From assembly GCA_043228905.1 (NCBI GenBank), contig JBHGNT010000003.1, forward strand, positions 3,968,001 through 4,032,000: DNA of 64,000 nt. The letters are read 5' to 3'. Each line of letters begins with the position of its first letter. The first letter of the stretch is position 1. The notes below the pieces were generated by a model. It was not told the origin of the DNA. It saw only the letters and a program-made list of their open reading frames with translations, and searched no databases. Below, piece by piece: positions 61,670 to 64,000 of the stretch. Position numbers and translations under genes: made by a program. The DNA is from Azolla caroliniana (taxonomy: Eukaryota > Plantae > Polypodiophyta).

Positions 61670-64000
61670 TTAGTTTAGCTGATCTTCATAGTGTTTCTTA
61701 CATAACCACGCAACTCGACTACCACCATCTATTTTCGCACGCCAAAGACAAAACTTCTCTGCTATGTTTTGGTGTGTCACGCCTCCATTGCCTTCTAATA
61801 TGAAGGCCAAGCATGTTTGCCATTCTTTGAAATATTCTAATGTACTTGGACATACATGAGAGGTTTTCAATGAAGTAGATCTACCAAATTTGGATTTAAG
61901 AATACTTGAGACCATAGGGTGCTCTTTTGCTAGTTTGAGGTGGGAAGTCCAATCAGGTATGAAAGAGCTTGCAAGTGGAGCCACAGAATTAATACCAAGT
62001 TTAATAGCTGTAGTCAAAACAGAAAAGAAAAAATTAATATATGGAAGAACTTTTTGTAGACTCTCTGAACGAGACTCTGACCAAGATGTGAGGGTGATTC
62101 CTGGTTGGTTTTCCACGGGGTGTGGTAATGTTGGATGCTCGCAATACAAATGGATTTGCACGGATAATGCTCCAAGCACTGAGGTTACCAAACTTGTAAG
62201 GTTCTTGTTATGACCATTAGTTGTAATAATGGGAACACATGGGAGTCGCATATCAACCTTGTTCTCCATAGCCAACTTCAATAGCTCACATATAGATTTC
62301 TCAACCTTGGTCATGACATCTTTCCTCAAAGATTGAATTTCATGATGTATTGCATCCATCTTCTCTAAGAGTTGTTTATGATTGGCATCCATCTTATGAT
62401 ATAAAATTGAGATTGCCTTTGCCATGACTTTGATACATCTCACCTCAACATTAGTTGTTGCCTCCAATTTTTGATCTTGTAGATGTTGCAACAAGCAATT
62501 TTCAAAGTGTTCAGTGTTCATATTTTGTTCGCTATGTCGTTCTCTAGTCTTATTGAATTCATCATTCTCGGAGTACAATAATGGATTTTCTGCCTGTTGC
62601 TCGAGCCATGCTTTACATGACGCGAGAACTTCCTCATAAATCTCAGAACCAAGGAGATCAATGAAATGATTTTGCAAATGACCACACCTTTGGTTAGGAG
62701 TCCATTTCCAATCATAAGAGTGTTGCTCGCCTCGCTCAAGTTTTCTCTTGAGTTGCTGCTTCAAATAGATTATTTCCACGCATTGATCTTCTCTATCTTG
62801 TGCCCTTGATGGAAAACATAAGCAGTCAGGCCGAATGACACTCTCGATTAGCTTAACCCCTTGGATGCCAGTGGGTTGGGCACATATCGTAGTCAAGGTG
62901 TTGATGATATGCTTTTCCACATAAGCTAACGTCATTGGTGTATGACGTTCTTGACTCTTGGTTGGATGATCAGCTCGAATGAGCACATCAATGACATGGT
63001 CTGATTTTGCTTTGCAAAACACAATGATGATCTCTTTATCGGGAAAACAAATATATATGAAATCTTTGCCCAACGTGATCTCTGAATTATTGTCCTCAAA
63101 TGATTGGAAGACATTTTTAAATAATACTTGAATCCTCGGAAATAATCCTGGTGTGAGAAATGTGAGCTTTTGGTCTTCACATTGTAGCCTTCTACCCATG
63201 TATAGAAGAATATCAGTAGATTTATCATGATTTACGTTATATGTGCATGTTGATGGCCTCCATCGAAGTTTCTCCATACCTGAGCCATCTGTCAATAAAG
63301 CTGGGATAAAGATACAATCCACATTGCTATTGGGGACACCATGGTTAATGGTCACTTTGCAACATAGGTGCAATGCTTCCATCAAGTCTACTAGTAATGA
63401 GCCCTTAACATTAGTCTTGGTAATGGATTCTAAGATCTCCTCCAAGAATTCTTGTGGGGGGTATCCACGGTCAAATACAATAGTATCCTTAGATGCTTTA
63501 GAAATTGAGAAACCAATGAGGCTTCCCATGATCTCATTGCAAAACCAATTGGGATCAAGAATGATGTGGCTGATTCCGTTTATGTATATGATGCTACCGG
63601 ACTCATTCAAGGATAGGGCGATTGCGTTCAATTTGGCTTTGTCGCTGGAAAAATGGAGTGGATAGCATAATATCTCTTTGAACTTGTTCCATGTAATGAT
63701 TCGTTCATTTGTGTTTTTTAAATGATCGGAGAGATGTTCACCTACTTGTGTATAGATGCTGTACAGCTGAATGCCTCGGAGCATGTCTTTAGCAATGTTG
63801 AAGATGCAGTCTAGTAAAGATCTCACAGAATCCTCCTTTCTTGCATCTACATCGAACACACCATTGACAATGTCAATCACCCCTTTAAATTCGCATCGAA
63901 GTGAATCAATGGAACGTGAGAGAGACCTTGAGACCGACTTCATCTGGTCTGCTCTTGTGAATACCACGATCACTTTGAGGGCAATGTTGGACTGACGGCT
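61670..64000 (-). CDS. TRN1-like: TORNADO1-like ROCO protein, copy F (exon 2 from late Roc to the C-terminus; 5' part outside the window)
   Basis: Open frame to the window edge; VVFTRAD, VDAR, ILDPNWF, GLFPRIQV, VAWLCKKHY; closest paralogue of copy C, with matching 3' flank. Confidence 0.9.
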   Translation of the reverse strand, partial: SRQSNIALKVIVVFTRADQMKSVSRSLSRSIDSLRCEFKGVIDIVNGVFDVDARKEDSVRSLLDCIFNIAKDMLRGIQLYSIYTQVGEHLSDHLKNTNERIITWNKFKEILCYPLHFSSDKAKLNAIALSLNESGSIIYINGISHIILDPNWFCNEIMGSLIGFSISKASKDTIVFDRGYPPQEFLEEILESITKTNVKGSLLVDLMEALHLCCKVTINHGVPNSNVDCIFIPALLTDGSGMEKLRWRPSTCTYNVNHDKSTDILLYMGRRLQCEDQKLTFLTPGLFPRIQVLFKNVFQSFEDNNSEITLGKDFIYICFPDKEIIIVFCKAKSDHVIDVLIRADHPTKSQERHTPMTLAYVEKHIINTLTTICAQPTGIQGVKLIESVIRPDCLCFPSRAQDREDQCVEIIYLKQQLKRKLERGEQHSYDWKWTPNQRCGHLQNHFIDLLGSEIYEEVLASCKAWLEQQAENPLLYSENDEFNKTRERHSEQNMNTEHFENCLLQHLQDQKLEATTNVEVRCIKVMAKAISILYHKMDANHKQLLEKMDAIHHEIQSLRKDVMTKVEKSICELLKLAMENKVDMRLPCVPIITTNGHNKNLTSLVTSVLGALSVQIHLYCEHPTLPHPVENQPGITLTSWSESRSESLQKVLPYINFFFSVLTTAIKLGINSVAPLASSFIPDWTSHLKLAKEHPMVSSILKSKFGRSTSLKTSHVCPSTLEYFKEWQTCLAFILEGNGGVTHQNIAEKFCLWRAKIDGGSRVAWLCKKHYEDQLN

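Overview
This is eukaryotic nuclear DNA, most likely from a non-seed land plant (bryophyte, lycophyte or fern), judged from the retroelement lineages, Met-i PBS motifs, a spliceosomal intron and microsatellites. The backbone is a minus-strand tandem array of TORNADO1-like ROCO genes: N-terminal domain, degenerate LRRs, Roc GTPase, COR, coiled coil and a Cys/His-containing C-terminal domain. I count six recognisable copies plus a small relic. One copy is complete (42274-46235, about 1287 aa spliced), one is open but cut by the window edge (61670-64000), and the others are broken by microhomology deletions or LTR insertions. One ~100-nt intron splits the P-loop. It has non-canonical GC or GA donors and is flanked by a direct repeat. 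LRR paralogues differ mainly right after the LxxLxL strands, as immune receptors do. The array is densely invaded by nested elements: a young full-length Ty1/copia with apparently identical LTRs, several decayed copia and gypsy elements, solo LTRs, LINE fragments and Mutator and hAT MITEs. It also holds a mitochondrial rRNA fragment and tRNA-derived cassettes linked to LTRs. All comparisons were made by eye; no database searches were run.
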